Position numbers and translations under genes: made by a program | In this document: positions 13,678 to 26,899 of the stretch, in pieces | Numbering within the stretch: position 1 is the stretch's first letter | Layout: the number at the start of each line of letters is the position of its first letter | Source of the DNA: Mytilus trossulus | Lineage: Eukaryota | Assembly: GCF_036588685.1 (NCBI RefSeq) | Contig: NC_086377.1 | Span: 10,354,001 to 10,418,000 of the forward strand | Reading direction: 5' to 3' | DNA: 64,000 nt | The notes under the pieces: generated by a model | What the model was told of the DNA's origin: nothing | What the model saw: the letters and a program-made list of their open reading frames with translations, nothing else | Database searches by the model: none

Positions 13678-15168
13678 GGCCGTGTTCACATTGACCTAAA
13701 TTCGGTGTTTTGTTAGTGTAACTCACACGTAAACTAAACACAATTGCGTTCCCATTGATAAAACTCAATGTTTACATGTAGTTTAAATCATGTTTTATCT
13801 ACACACAGTCGATAGTCAATGTAGGCCTAGTGTAGATTAAGTGTACACAAAACTAGGCATTTAGGACATTAGTTTTATCGTGTATATATTTAAGGAGAAA
13901 ACAATTTTTGAGAAAATTGATATTTTTGATAATTATTAGTAAAGTTCTTTACAGAAATTGTTGTCGTAATTTTACAGATTTTTTTTTTGTTAATAAAAAA
14001 TAAACGTACTTTATTAACCCCTGATCAAGACTCAAAGCAGCATCATTGCCGAACCCATAAGACAGCAACCAATATTGATTTTCGAGGGGGGATATTATAG
14101 TTGAGTATAAAACATAAAGGCAAAAAGGGGGGGGGGGGGTGGTGAGCTATGGATTTTGTTTTGGAAACAAAAAATGTTTCCAGTTTTTGGCCCTGAACAA
14201 AAAATGTGTTTGTTTCAACCTCAGCTGACACTATATATAATGATAAAATTGATTTCGACTTGTCACCAAAATTTGTCCTGAAAAAATCAATAGCTCACGC
14301 ACCCTACCCGCTCCCCTCCCCAAAAAATGAAAAATAGTTGCTGCCTAATTCATTTGAAAAGGTCTTCCCGAATCGACTTGACGTACACAGAAATATTCTT
14401 TACTCAAACAACGATTCACGCATAAATGCATGACTAAAATAGTGTGAGGTTAATGATATGTTTGTCTAGTATCTCAGATCCGTTAAATAACATTTAAAAT
14501 AAATAAAAAAACGTTACCCTATTCTTTTACCAAATACTCCTTGGAGAAGAAATACCATTTGAAACAAACAGAAAAAATAAAAATGTAGTGATCCCTAATA
14601 TCTCAATCCTTTTTTCGGCTGTAAGCACGCTGCTGCAGCTAACGTTTTCTAATGCGTAATCGAGACATCTCTAGTATATTCAAACTACTGCAAATTATAA
14701 AGTAGCAACCCCTTAACTAAAATAAGGGTAAAGGTTATTTTTTTTTTATCTGAGTCAGATTTTTTTTCGCGGGTACGTTTTTATTCCTTTTTTTCGATGC
14801 TGGTGATCAAATACTTTCTTTTCAATATTTAACACTATAATGTATTTTTTTTTATCATCTGTATGACAATTCTTTTTTTTTTTTTTTATCAAATTGGGGT
14901 TCGGAATATTTCCATTCCCACCCCTCACCCCCCTTTTGAAGTCAAATGGTTGTTCCCTTACCGCTAGAAAAATTGTCCCAAAATTTTGAATTCAGTTCTA
15001 CGTAATGAACATTTAAATGACATAGTTTACAAGTGGGAACAAATCTTATGTACAGGTAGCTAAACAAGGTGTATAGATGTGAACAAATGTAATGTGAAAC
15101 CAGTGTACACTACACTAAACTAATTGTAAACATGTTTACTCTACACGGCGTTTGGTGTGAACACGGCC
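13678..15168. mobile_element. PIF/Harbinger-type MITE nested in the long-TIR element
   Basis: TIR GGCCGTGTTCACA / TGTGAACACGGCC with TTA target duplication (13675-13677, 15169-15171); itself contains short G-run MITE-like inserts near 14059-14349 and 14697-14960. Confidence 0.8.
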
Positions 15169-15570
15169 TTAGACTCAAGTATCAATCACTACATATCAAC
15201 ATGTTTAGTCATAAACAGTCTGAAGGACGCCTCCGGGTGCGTCAATTTTCGATGTATTAAGGACCTATACCGTGCAAACAACCAGTCCACACTAATAAAC
15301 AGCTTTTCTATAAAATCATAACAGTTAAGTTATTTAAAACTTATATCCATAGACTAGACAGATAAATACTATTCTGAAAAAAAGAACAAATTGTTTAATC
15401 ATATTTTACTTTAGTCTAAAATAAGGACAACATATTGACAAAACGTTAAAAATATGCGTGTCAGACGAAACAGACTATACGCACAATCACTTTAGCAGGG
15501 GTGTTTGTGTTCTTCAAAATAGTGTTATATCCACGAAAATTCGAAAGAATGATATGCTTTATATATAGAG

Positions 15571-15828
15571 AATAATACATGGCAAAATCCGTATCATATG
15601 TCGTATCATCCGAGACATCAATATTAGGTTGGTCCCCTCCGTAAAACATTCAGTATGCCTTCGGAATATACAAATATTAACGGTCGGTATGAGCTTATGA
15701 ATTGTCAAGAATTTCAATAACGGCCGGGAAACAGACTACATCAATATCAGCCCAAGGGCCTTTAGGCCCGAGGGATGATATTGGTCGAGGGTGATACGGC
15801 ATGTGATACGGATTTTGCCATGTATTAT
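15571..15828. repeat. Palindromic non-autonomous element
   Basis: aatacatggcaaaatccgtatca ... tgatacggattttgccatgtatt inverted arms. Confidence 0.6.
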
Positions 15829-16733
15829 ACGCTCAATCATATATTTCAACAGAAGAGTATTATATTATATGAACTGTTTTCTGATTCATAGCACTGGGTT
15901 ACCTTCAGTTCTGCTTTTGTCTTGTTTCAAAGCTTTAAAATAAATGCATGCTCAATTATTTATACGAAGCACCTGGGTTACTTTACAATTTGCTTGCTGT
16001 TGTTTATGCCCGTGTCACACTGTCCCGATTTTTATATACGATGGACACCCGAATGCGAAAATTGTAAGTTCGTACGAAGTTGGTCCCGAATTCGTTAAAA
16101 TACCAAAAAGTGACCGAAGCAAGTACGATGAATAACGAAGTCCATACGATGGTGCCGAAATAATATACGATAGCAAAAGATGGACATACGAAGGTTAACC
16201 GAAGGCGGGTTTTTAAGCTTCATATATCAGCCGAAGCCTACACGATGGATCACGAAGGCTACACGATTACCGATTATTTGTGATAAGTTTTGTATTTCGC
16301 TTGCAATTTTTGTTTTGCTTATCAATATGTATACTACTTATTATGTTTTGTTGTACCGAATATGCATAGAATATTTCCCAATGATAGTAAAGTAAGCAAC
16401 AAACAAAAAAATGTATCGTATTCAGGGGCGGATCCAGCCATTTTAAAAAGGGGGTCCCAACCCAGGACAAAAGGGGGGGGGGGGGGGGGGTTCTAACTAT
16501 ATGTCCCCATTCAAATGCATTGATCGTGCTTAACGTCCTTTGTATTCTACAATTCAGGTTTTTGAAAAGTTGTGATCCAAAGGTTTTTGACCATCGGAAA
16601 TTTGCAATAAAAATAAAATTTAGGACTAGCAGAGTTTCTTTAAGGTTCACCATCATCCACATATTAATTACAAGACAAAAAATTGACAAATTATTGTATA
16701 GTTACAGCGATTTCTTCCTACCAATTGAATTTG

Positions 16734-17207
16734 TTTTATGCCCCACCTACGATAGTAGAGGGGCATTATGTTTTCTGGTCTGTGCGTCTGTCCGTCTGTT
16801 CGTCGTACCGTCTGTTCGTTCGTCCGTCTGTCCCGCTTCAGGTTAAAGTTTTTGGTCAAGGTATGTTTTGATGAAGTTGAAGTCCAATAAACTTGAAACT
16901 TAGTATACATGTGTTCTATGATATGATCTTTCTAATTTAAATGCCAGATTAGAGTTTTGACCCCAATTTTATAGTTCATTGAACATAGAAAATGATAGTG
17001 CAAATTTCAGGTTAAAGTTTTTAGTCAAGGTAGTTTTTGATAAAGTAGAAGTCCAATCAACTTGAAACTTAGTATACATGTTTCCTTTGATAGGATCATT
17101 CTAATTTTAATGCCAAAATAGAGAATTTATTCCAATTTCACGGTCCATTAAACATAGAAAATGATAGTGCGAGTGGGGCATCCGTGTACTGTGGACATAT
17201 TCTTGTT
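16734..17207 (+). mobile_element. Helentron-associated non-autonomous element (HINE/DINE-like)
   Basis: Starts ttttatgcccca with inverted ggggcat; (GTCY)n microsatellite; two ~170-bp core repeats; terminal ggggcat plus short palindrome and cttgtt end. Confidence 0.75.
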
Positions 17208-18267
17208 ACTTATTGTTTACTTACACCAAATATAAAAAAAAAACCAAAGCACTGTTCTAATAGTCCAAAAGGTCCAGGTGGTACAACTCCTGGTAGGTCC
17301 AAACTTAATTATTTTTACAGGGTCTAACATGCCTACCCCTAATTTTAAAAAATCTGACAAAAATTCCTTTCGGTTAATCATGTTTAACCACTAGGTACAA
17401 ATGATAGGTAATGGTCTAAGGTGCAATGGACCTTAAGGCCAAGGATGGACATTTTAGGGTTTGTCTTCACCATAGCTTTTCATTTCATTTTAATGATTCT
17501 TCTGCCAAATATCTGTTTCATATATTTTACTTGATGGTGTTATCTCAGTGAAAGATGAAATATTAAAACACAAGTGCCTTATTTGTAATACCAATTGTAA
17601 TGTTTTGTCTTTTTGAAAATGATATTCTCAAATGTACATAACTTAAATTAAGAAGTGTTGAAATTAAGTAAGGATATGGTATGTGATTGCCAATGAGACA
17701 ACTAAAAACCAGAGATAAAGGTATTTTCAGCCAGTGACTGAACAGCCGTCAACAATGAGCAAGACCTATCAATATTTAAATGTCTGCATGAAAAAAACAC
17801 AAAAACATTCAAATGGATAAACATAAGACACTGTATGAAAGCTATATATGCAAAACTATATACTGAAAATTCAGAAATTATTGCTAGCAATTGTAAGTGT
17901 GATTTTTCTCAATTTCATCATTTTTTGTGTGCAAAATTTAGAATAATCCTGTTTAGGTCATAAAAATTTCAATATGCAAGTGTATATTATTGTGATTATA
18001 ACCCTATCACTATTTTCACAATAATAAAAACAGCAATAATTTCTGAATTTATAGTAGTTAAATTTTTGAAACTCGATTTGCACTATGACACATAGTGATT
18101 TACTTTCAATTGAGCATGCCAAGACAAAAATCGTAGAACACACAATTATATATATCTACAATTAAGATACAGAGAAATATTTGTACCCATAATAACTTAG
18201 TCCGTTTTGTGAAATTGCTTCACTCATGCAATGAGAGGATTTTTTTATGTTTTCTTTTTAGTTACAT

Positions 18268-18640
18268 CACTTCCCATGTGAACAATCATTGTTCCCATGG
18301 GAAAACATATTGTTCCCACGGGAACAATTATTGTTACCATGGGAAGAAGTATTGTTCCCATGGGGAAAATTAGTGTTCCCATGGGAAAAAATATTGTTCC
18401 CATGGGAAAAGTTTTTTCCCATGGGAAGAAAAGGAGCTTCCTTGGGAAGAAAAATTCCCTTAGGAAATTTAGAACTTACCATGGGAACAAACAATTTACT
18501 TATGTTTCCATGGGAACTTTAAAGTTCCTATGGGAACTCTAAACTTCCCATGGGAAAAGTAATTTTTCCCATGGGAACTTTCAATGTTCCCAAGCGAAAT
18601 TCTAATATTCCCATGGGCATTATCATATTTCCCATGGGAA
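18268..18640. repeat. ~21-bp periodic minisatellite built on palindrome TTCCCATGGGAA
   Basis: Repeated ttcccatgggaa units; explains ORFs 18267-18542. Confidence 0.9.
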
Positions 18641-21209
18641 ATGTACTTTTAATCAGCTGCAGTGACAAGAGTGACAACAGTGACAAGTTGGAACATATGG
18701 CATTTTTTTAAATTTTTCAATAATCTATCACTGGGCAAATTTTTGTTGTTGATATCTTGTAAACCGACAAAGTCAGATTTGCCGATACCGGAATGGCAAA
18801 TTTGTCATCATATTCAACTGTTTGTAGGCAGATGTGATAAATATTAATTTTGATCCTTTATTTGTCCACACTATAATCTATCTTGATGCGTCTTGGTTTG
18901 GAATTTGTAGATGTCGTCTTTCATTATACTAGATTTTTTTCAAACTACTATTGATCTCATTATGACAAAACTTGACAGAAATGCTTGAAATAACCATTAT
19001 TACAAATGAATAAAGTCACATTCATTTTATTAACAATAATGTCTTCTTCAGGTGTCATACCACCAAATCATGGTACATCACATAGGTCGGGAAAAAATAC
19101 TCCCTTAAATATGACACTTGTAAGTGATTAATCCTACATTTTATTGAAGTAAAACATTTCTGTGTCATACACATATATCTTGGGTATTTCAAAGCACCTT
19201 GAACAAGGACTTCTTTAGGGATGGGTTGACCGCTATATTTGCATGCATATTGTATGTGCCTGTCCCAAGTTATGAGCCTATAGTTCTGTGGTTGTCGATA
19301 GTTCATGTCTGTCGACTTATTTTTTATGTTTTGTAAAAAAAATATAGCTGACCATTCGGTGTTGGTTTTTGTCATTATTCAAGGCCGTATGGTTGCCTAT
19401 AATTGCTAACATTTCAATATTCTAGATGAAAGTCATAAAATGCCGGGAAGCTCACCATATCATATTTGGCATTTGGTTTTCAGTAACTGTCTAATGTACA
19501 TTTAATTCGAATTGAATTTAACTCGAATTGACAAGCCCCCCTTCCCCCCAACCCCCCTATATCGCTAAATAATTGGGAATGCCTTAATTGAAAACAGCAT
19601 AACTCGATCTAAAACTAAAAATGCAATTGAGCTGAAAATTTACTTGGCCTCACAGGCACATCTCTAACCGTTAGAATCAGGTATCAGTTATATTTTGGCA
19701 AAAGTTAAAAACGATCAAAAACAGAAGTACTCGAAAACTGCAAATGGAATTGTGCTTCAAATAAAAATTGACATGTATTTCTGATAGTGCTAAATCATTG
19801 TACAAGATTAAAAAAAACATCATTTGTTCCAATCTCAACTTGTCATCTATTTTAATGTATACATTGTATTCGACCTTTTAACCCCACACAGTAGTGGAAT
19901 TTTCATTTATCAAATCGGTGAAAAATGTACACATTGTATATTTATAGCACCGTTAAGGGTTAAAAGATCGAATACAATGTATACACAATTACACATAGAA
20001 TATTGTTTAAACAAAAAAACACGTGTCATGAATTTGAAATAAATTTTCCAACATGCGAGACTTAAATTCTCATACAAAATCGGCTTAATTGGTAACAGAG
20101 ACGGATTTAGCGGGATGGCAGAGGGCCACAGTCTCCCTATTTATATATGTAGCTACATTAAGAAAAACATTTATTTATCTGAGAAAAGTGGTTATTCCTT
20201 TTTACCAGAGAAAAGTATAAAAGTAGTTAAGAAAGCAAGATTTTGATTGGATAAAACAATTAATTAAGCATAAGCTGAATTCATTTTAGCATAAGCTAAA
20301 ATCATTTTTAGCATAAGCTAAAATCATTTTTAGCATAAGCTAAAATCATTTTAGCATAAGCTAAAATCATTTTAGCATAAGCTAAATTTATTTTAGCATA
20401 AGCTAAAATCATTTTAGCATAAGCTAAATTCATTTAAGCATAAGCTGAATATTAATATTTATGACCTTAATTCCGCGCCAAGATTTATGTATAACCTAAA
20501 CAATTCAGCATATGCTAAAATGATTTTAGCTTATGCAAAAATGAATTCAGCTTATGCTAAAATGAGTTTAGCTTAAGCTTAAATGAATTTAGCTTATGCT
20601 AAAATCATTTTAGCATATGCTAAATTATAATATAGCTTATGCTAAAATCATTTAAGCATATACTAAATTCAATGTTTATGACCCTAATTCCGCGTCATAA
20701 GATGATGATTAAAGAAATAACATTATACAGGAAAAAAATCTAAAAAAAATCACTGATGATATGTGATTCTATAAATGCAGAGCAAATATCTTTTTTCCGG
20801 TCGAGAAAATTCATTTTTATATTAGAAATACACCAGTGTGGCTATATGCTTAGTTAAAACTATCAACATATTTACTATATTCACAAATGTAGGTTTGACT
20901 AGCCACACAGTCGGGTTCAACCCACATTTTATTCTTAAAATGTGCTGTATCAGGTCAGGAACATGGTAGATAGTTATCTTGTTGTTCGTATCTAAATCTG
21001 TTTGTGTGTGTCGTTTAGATTTTTGTTGCACTTTGGTGTTTCTGTTGTTTCGTTGCTTTCCTATGATAGTTACATGTATGTGTTTCCATCTGTTTAAGTT
21101 TGTTTCCCGGATCAGTTTTCTCACAAATCGATTGCTGACTTTCGAACAGCGGTATACATATGTTGCTTTTTTGTAAAGATTATTAAAAGATAATAACGGT
21201 TTCAATGCA

Positions 21210-21261
21210 TCACTTTTTTACTAGTACTTTCACTGCTTCCGCAGATCTTCAGGTAATGTGA
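21210..21261 (-). ncRNA. Minimal type I hammerhead ribozyme (Penelope-associated)
   Basis: Minus strand tcacattac-CTGAAGA-tctgc-ggaa-gcagt-GAAA-gtac-TA-gtaaaaaagtga: intact CUGANGA/GAAA core, stem II, palindromic stem III (AGTACT), stem I ttac/gtaa and tcac/gtga. Confidence 0.8.
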
Positions 21262-21384
21262 CTTGTATATAAATAAAACAATTGATTGACGTTAACAATA
21301 GTAGGACGTTAACAAATACAAGGGAGACTACTTATGTCATAATGTCATTTTAAGATTTTAAAATGTTATGTTCAAATTAGAATA

Positions 21385-21720
21385 TCATTTATCATTTAAT
21401 CCCGGGTTGAGAATGTTTATGAATAATTCTTCCTTCTTATTCCGGAGAAAATCATTTTGACGATTGACCATATACAATGGAAATATTTTAAATCGTCCAT
21501 TAGAGAAACGATGGAAATGGTCGTTTGCCCTGATGAGTGTTAAGTCTTCATGGTTGGTTTGCTGTCTATGTAAAGTCATTCTAGTCCGCAGTTCATTTTT
21601 TGTCTCTCCAACATAGAATTCCTCACAATTTTAACATATGAGAGAAAAGATGACGTTTGAACTTTTACAAGACATATTTTGCTTAACAGTAAAATGCTTT
21701 CCATTTTTGAAATAAATTGA
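21385..21720 (-). mobile_element. Penelope-like element GIY-YIG endonuclease remnant
   Basis: Minus-strand translation ...MSCKSSNVIFSLIC*NCEEFYVGETKNELRTRMTLHRQQ...RNKKEELFINILNPGLN matches the PLE GIY-YIG pattern; one in-frame stop. Confidence 0.8.
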
Positions 21721-21869
21721 ACTTTCTTCTATTAAGTTTGGACAAGTCATACATCGTTTATCTGTACATTTTTTTTACAATTGGCACAGTTTCATTGAAG
21801 TCAAATTTCGAAGATGTTAAATATCGTTTCAGACTTTTTGACTGTCTTTTGCTGTTGATAATCTTCTTT

Positions 21870-22165
21870 TTCTGTAAATATATGTCTAAGTCAGGAATCT
21901 GATGTACAGTAGTTGTCGTTTGTTTATGTAATATATACGTGTTTCTCGTTTCTCGTTTTGTTTAATATATAGATTATACCGTTGGTTTTCCCGTTTGAAT
22001 GGTTTTACACTAGTAATTGTGGGGCCCTTTATAGCTTGTTGTTCGGTGGGAGCAAAGGCTCCGTGTTGAAGGCCGTACTTTAACCTATAATGGTTTACTT
22101 TTTAAATTGTTATTTGGATGAAGAGTTGTCTCATTGGCACTCACACCACATATTCCTACATCTAC
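21870..22165 (-). mobile_element. Abundant short interspersed repeat (gatgtggtatgattgccaatgagacaact family)
   Basis: Ends gttgtctcattggcactcacaccaca; related pieces near 3600-3760, 17670, 22860, 25100-25350, 37950, 48735. Confidence 0.65.
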
Positions 22166-22190
22166 TAATTTGGTCTGTTATACCTTTCAG

Positions 22191-22211
22191 ATGGTAGAAA
22201 TGATCTAAACG
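22191..22211 (+). pseudogene. Degenerate homolog of the 21-nt exon (53961-53981)
   Basis: Acceptor context tggtctgttatacctttcAG resembles tgatctgtttcatctttcAG; shares GAAATGA; stops in the phase-2 frame and a weak GTAGAC donor. Confidence 0.4.
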
Positions 22212-22665
22212 GTAGACTTTAAAGTCATTAATAACCACACGCTGCATACTTAAAGAGTTTATCGTGTCCCATTACACACATTAATGTTGGTCTTTCGTTT
22301 GATCAATCCTGTCACCCCTTGGTGTGTAAAATTTTCAAAATGCGTTATCTTTGATTTATTCTCAACAAGGCATCAACTATTGATGGTTTTTAATATTGAT
22401 GTTTTCGACCAGTGCGTTTTAAGGAAGAATATGATATTATTTCCTATTATAAAAATGGCTATCTTTTATATTACATGTACTACATTTATTTACAATAATT
22501 TAAATAATCTTGTGTCAATATAAAATTAAGCTACAATAAATTAATATACATGCACTTTAATCATGCTTTTTTTTTTTATAAATATCGAATAACATAATAA
22601 TTAATAAAATTAATGGCTTAATATAATTCTTGAGTAATCAAACGTGTATTTTTCTCTTTTTTCAG

Positions 22666-22671
22666 CAAATA
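22666..22671 (+). CDS. 6-nt microexon (CAAATA), second cassette
   Basis: tttctcttttttcAG|caaata|GTAAGTgttatataccaga. Confidence 0.6.
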
Positions 22672-23758
22672 GTAAGTGTTATATACCAGAAGGAAATAAA
22701 ATTAATCAGTGTAAACAATAAGTAGACATGGATAATTTGGTAAATGAAGTTAAAGTATTGATTATTGTGAAATAACAGTCTTACTGAGATAGCAACACTG
22801 CTTTCTGAGAGATAATGTTTTTTTTTTCATTTGGCTTGTTTTTTATGCTATAAAATAAAGAGATGTGGTATAATTGCCAATGACAACTATCAACTAATTC
22901 TTTTGTTTTGATGAACAAAATTTAGTTTTTCTTTTCATTTCTTAGGGTAATATCAAAATACAAAAAACAATCCTAATTCCATCCACTCAGTTATGAATCC
23001 AATGCCTTTTTTTTTAAATTTAATTACGCACTATTTATTGAGTATGTAAACATTAAGCAACACCAAAGCAAACAAGCCAAGTCTGTCAATTTAATTGTAT
23101 TTCTATACTTTGCTAATGACTGTCATTCATACGTATTCAATGACAATGTTTTGATATATCCTTTCATATATCATATATAGCTGAACCTGATTATTTGGAT
23201 AATTGATCAGGAATTGAAACTGAATAAAAAACAAGTGTTTATAATGTACAGCTGCAGCGTAATAACTAGACACTCCATTGTTTTGGGAATGTAAATTGTC
23301 CAAATGATTAAACAACATACAAATGGAATGTTAGTAGTACCAATGCGAAATGTGTTCCAAATAACTGCTTTTAAAAGGAGAAGTCAATATTAAGAAACAT
23401 GGTTTTACTAAAGCTTGTATTATCTAGAAAGCTCAATCGATTAACATTTTTAAACACACACAACCTCAATTAAGATCATCGTTTCAATGCGTATCATCAA
23501 CATTTCATAGCTATCATGATGTTACAGAATGTCTCTCAAAAGGCAGCTAGTAAAAATCACCATGTCGTATAGACTTATATCCAATATGAAAATGTTGTGA
23601 CACGACTTACACAACTGAAAATATATATTTCTTTCACTTCATAAGCTACTTTACTCAAGAAAAACAGCTTTTAAAATGCAAAAATATCAAAACAATTTTC
23701 TGTAACAAATTTCAGAAATTTAAGAAATAATTTTGAGATGATTTTTTTGTTATTTTGG

Positions 23759-23761
23759 AGC
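23759..23761 (+). pseudogene. Dead microexon (AGC) with acceptor read as GG
   Basis: tattttGG|agc|GTAAGTgttatataccaga; same downstream module as 22672 but no AG before a 3-nt exon. Confidence 0.5.
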
Positions 23762-25009
23762 GTAAGTGTTATATACCAGACATATCAGTAAAGAATGATA
23801 AAAAGTAAAATCACAAAAAATACTGTACTTCAAAGGAAATTCAAACGGAAAGTCACTAATAAAATGGCAAAATCAAAATCCCAAACACATCAAACGAATT
23901 GATATTTATTTTCATCTTCCTGATCTGTACAGGTATTTCCATATATAGAAAACAGTAGATTGAAACTGCAACTGTAGTAGATTCTCCGATACACCGAGTT
24001 GAGTTAGAGAATCTATTTTAGAAAGAAGTAGATTCAGATAATATGTTCTTGTTCACAAATCTTCTACTTTTCGATAATTTCTACTCTAGATGTGTATTTT
24101 TCTAATATACGTGATTGCCCTTTATACCATACTTCATGCTTGTCAATAACATGTTGCCCACTTATTGTGTGCTCTGTTTTATTAGATTTTTTTTTATAAT
24201 TGGTTTGTTCGCTTTATGCATGCATGATTTATGTACAAATTCAAATCTGCATACAAGTAAGGATATCGATTTAAGGCCAAAATTGCATTGATCGACTGAG
24301 CATTCAACAGTGTGTTAGTAAGTGCAGCAGTTATCTTTTACTATTTAAAACAATATGTTTCCCCTTCTGGCCAAAAGATGCACGACTGTGAATAAAAATT
24401 GAGAATGGATATGGGGACACTACAACCAATGAATAACGATATTTCTCTACTCGAGACAGTTGCTTTTTTTTTTTATTTAAAGCGCGGTACTTTCCGGGCT
24501 TTTTAGATAATTAAAATGTAATTGTCGAGAGTCAAGAAATATCGTAATTCACAAGTTATAGTGTCGGAATCTGTTTGTCTGATGATTTTATGAAGATCTA
24601 GACATTGGAGTTGACAGAATAGAACTACATGACCAAGTGTAATAACACAAACGTGATCTCACAGAACACACAAACATTGATGTTTCTTCAATAGATATTG
24701 CATTAACGTTAAAATGACAGAGACACAAGGAATATAATATACACCTTGCATTGGAGAAAACATGATATTTGCATAAACCACTGGCTTGACGATTAACGAA
24801 TAAAAAGTTCTATACGCCACATCAAAATATAATCTGTGGATCAAGTAATGTCTCAAAATATTCTACCATCAGTTGATCTATGGATCAGGGAATGTTACAA
24901 AATATACTGTCATTAGTTAATCTGTGAATCAAGTAATGCCACTGTTGTGTACATATTTTATTGTTAAATAGAATGCTGTGATCTATGATTTATGTATTTA
25001 TGTTTTCAG

Positions 25010-25012
25010 CAG
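25010..25012 (+). CDS. 3-nt microexon (CAG) with GC donor, second cassette
   Basis: tgttttcAG|cag|GCAAGTgtcgagtattaaacagataaat; AG|GCAAGT is the usual GC-AG donor context. Confidence 0.55.
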
Positions 25013-25044
25013 GCAAGTGTCGAGTATTAAACAGATAAATTAAG

Positions 25045-25920
25045 CTTACAATAACATCACGATAGTAATATAACTAAGTTAATATTCCGTTGTCGACCTG
25101 TTGTAAAATTCAGTGGTTGTCATCTGTTTATGTGTTACAATTTGTTTTTCATTAATTTTTTTTTACATAAGTAAGGCCGTTAGTTTTCTCGTTTGAATTG
25201 TTTTACATTGTCTAATCAAGGCCTTTTAAAGATGACTATGCAATATGGGCTTTGCTCATTGTTGATAGCCGTACGGTGACCTATAGTTGTTAATGTCTGT
25301 GTCATTTTGGTCTTTTGTTGGCTCATTGGCAATCATACCATATCTTCTTTTCCAGACAATACCTCACGACAATGATATATCTAAGTTTGTATTTCTTTGT
25401 CAAACTGTTTATAACCTTACGATAGTGATATAACTAACTTAGTATTCCGTTGTCAACCTGTTTCAAGACAATACCTTACGATAGTGATATAGCTAAGTAA
25501 GAATTCCGTTGTCAGACTGTTTGTAGACAATACCTTGCGATAGTGATATAACTGAGTTTGTATTCTGTTGTCAACCGTCGATAACCTTACGATTGTGATA
25601 TTACTTATTACGTATTTTCTTGTCAACCAGTTGCAAGACAATACCTACGGACAGTGATATAACGTTAGTTAGTATTTCGTTGTCAACCTTTTGACTTAAC
25701 GATAGTTATTCAACCTGTTGATAACATTACGATAGTGGTATAACTTAGTAAGAATTCCGTTGTCAACTGTTGCAAGACAATACCTTACTATAGTGATAAA
25801 ACGTTCGTTAGTATTTCGTCGTCAACCTGTTTCTAGACAATACCATACGATAGTGATTTAAATAAGTAAGTATTATATTCGTTGTTAACATATTACAAGA
25901 CAATACCTACGCGTTATAGT
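25045..25920 (+). repeat. ~52-55-bp minisatellite interrupted by a short interspersed repeat
   Basis: Units like acaataccttacgatagtgatataactaagtaagaattccgttgtcaacctgtt; insert at ~25100-25350. Confidence 0.85.
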
Positions 25921-26899
25921 GTTATTTTATTAGTCTTTATTAATATTGCTTGTACATTTTTGAGATATTCTTTTGAATTGACTCTGTGGTTATATAAAAA
26001 CATCATGCTTTGAACGAAAAAAATTTTTCATTTACTTAACTTACTCTTACTTATGGATTTTTACATACTATGAATGATAAAATTATTCATTAAAATACTT
26101 TAAACTTCTGTTAAGTCTGTTTTTTATTTTATACATTTGACGTGATACTGTACGTATGTATCCCATCATACTTTGAACCACACCTTATTTATTTATTTTT
26201 ATTACATTTACAGTTGAGTCTGTTGTTTGTTATATCAACTTGACTATGCATGTATGTATACCTTCATACTTTGAACGACAAATTTATTTTTATGTCTACC
26301 TGTGCGAATTTCAAACGCGCAATTTTACACCAGCAATGAAAACCTTCTATTCTTTCCGGGTAGACTTTATATAGATAAATTAAGTGGTATAAGACAAGCA
26401 AAATGAGTATATTAAATTTGATGTATGCCTTTTTGTGCTTCTTCGTTACATTTGTTGTTTTTATAGTGATGCAAGTATGTTTGTTTTGTTCCAACTTTTA
26501 ACGACAAAATTATTTTTATGTCTACCTGTACGAATTTCAAACACGCATTTTTACACCAGCAATGAAAACCTTCTTTCCTTGACGGGTAGACTTTATATAC
26601 ATAAATTAAGTGGTACAAGAAAAGCAAAATGAGTATGTTAATTTTGATGTATGCCTTTTTGTGATTCTTCGTTACATTTGTTGTTTTTATAGTGATATTA
26701 AGATGATAACACAATAATGACTGCTGTACCCCTATTTTTGACATTTTTACTCTTTGAGTATGTTTGTTTTGTTCATACATCGTTGACAATGTAATGGAAT
26801 TTGATGCGACTGTCATACAAGTGAGAGGTTTAGCTAGCTATAAAACCAGGTTCAAAAAACACAATTTACTGCATTGTCAGTATAGAATCATTGTTGGCA

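Larger units (their letters stand above)
12213..20699. mobile_element. 8.5-kb non-autonomous DNA element with ~940-bp terminal inverted repeats and 6-bp TSD
   Basis: Starts TATGACGCGGAATTAGGGTC, ends GACCCTAATTCCGCGTCATA; AGATGA at 12207-12212 and 20700-20705. TIRs (~12213-13158 and ~19733-20699) contain 21-bp ttttagcataagctaaaatca arrays. No transposase ORF. Confidence 0.88.

Noticed and set aside
17888-17892. ctAG|caatt|GTAAGT microexon candidate
   Set aside because: 5 nt, no polypyrimidine tract, no downstream module, and inside a transposon.
18267-18542. Repetitive ORFs (FPWE/PMGK/SHGN)
   Set aside because: Translations of a TTCCCATGGGAA minisatellite, open in several frames.
21245-21252. 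Apparent 8-nt exon gcAG|atcttcag|GTAATG
   Set aside because: Better explained as the antisense of the hammerhead core CTGAAGA in a Penelope-like element; not 3n and lacks the microexon module.
23761-23761. 1-nt exon using a GAG acceptor
   Set aside because: GAG acceptors are rare; a mutated acceptor of a 3-nt AGC exon is simpler.
25045-25920. CRISPR-like array
   Set aside because: Eukaryotic context, degenerate tandem units without unique spacers, no cas genes. The same applies to the 21-bp arrays at 12240-12625 and 20265-20670.
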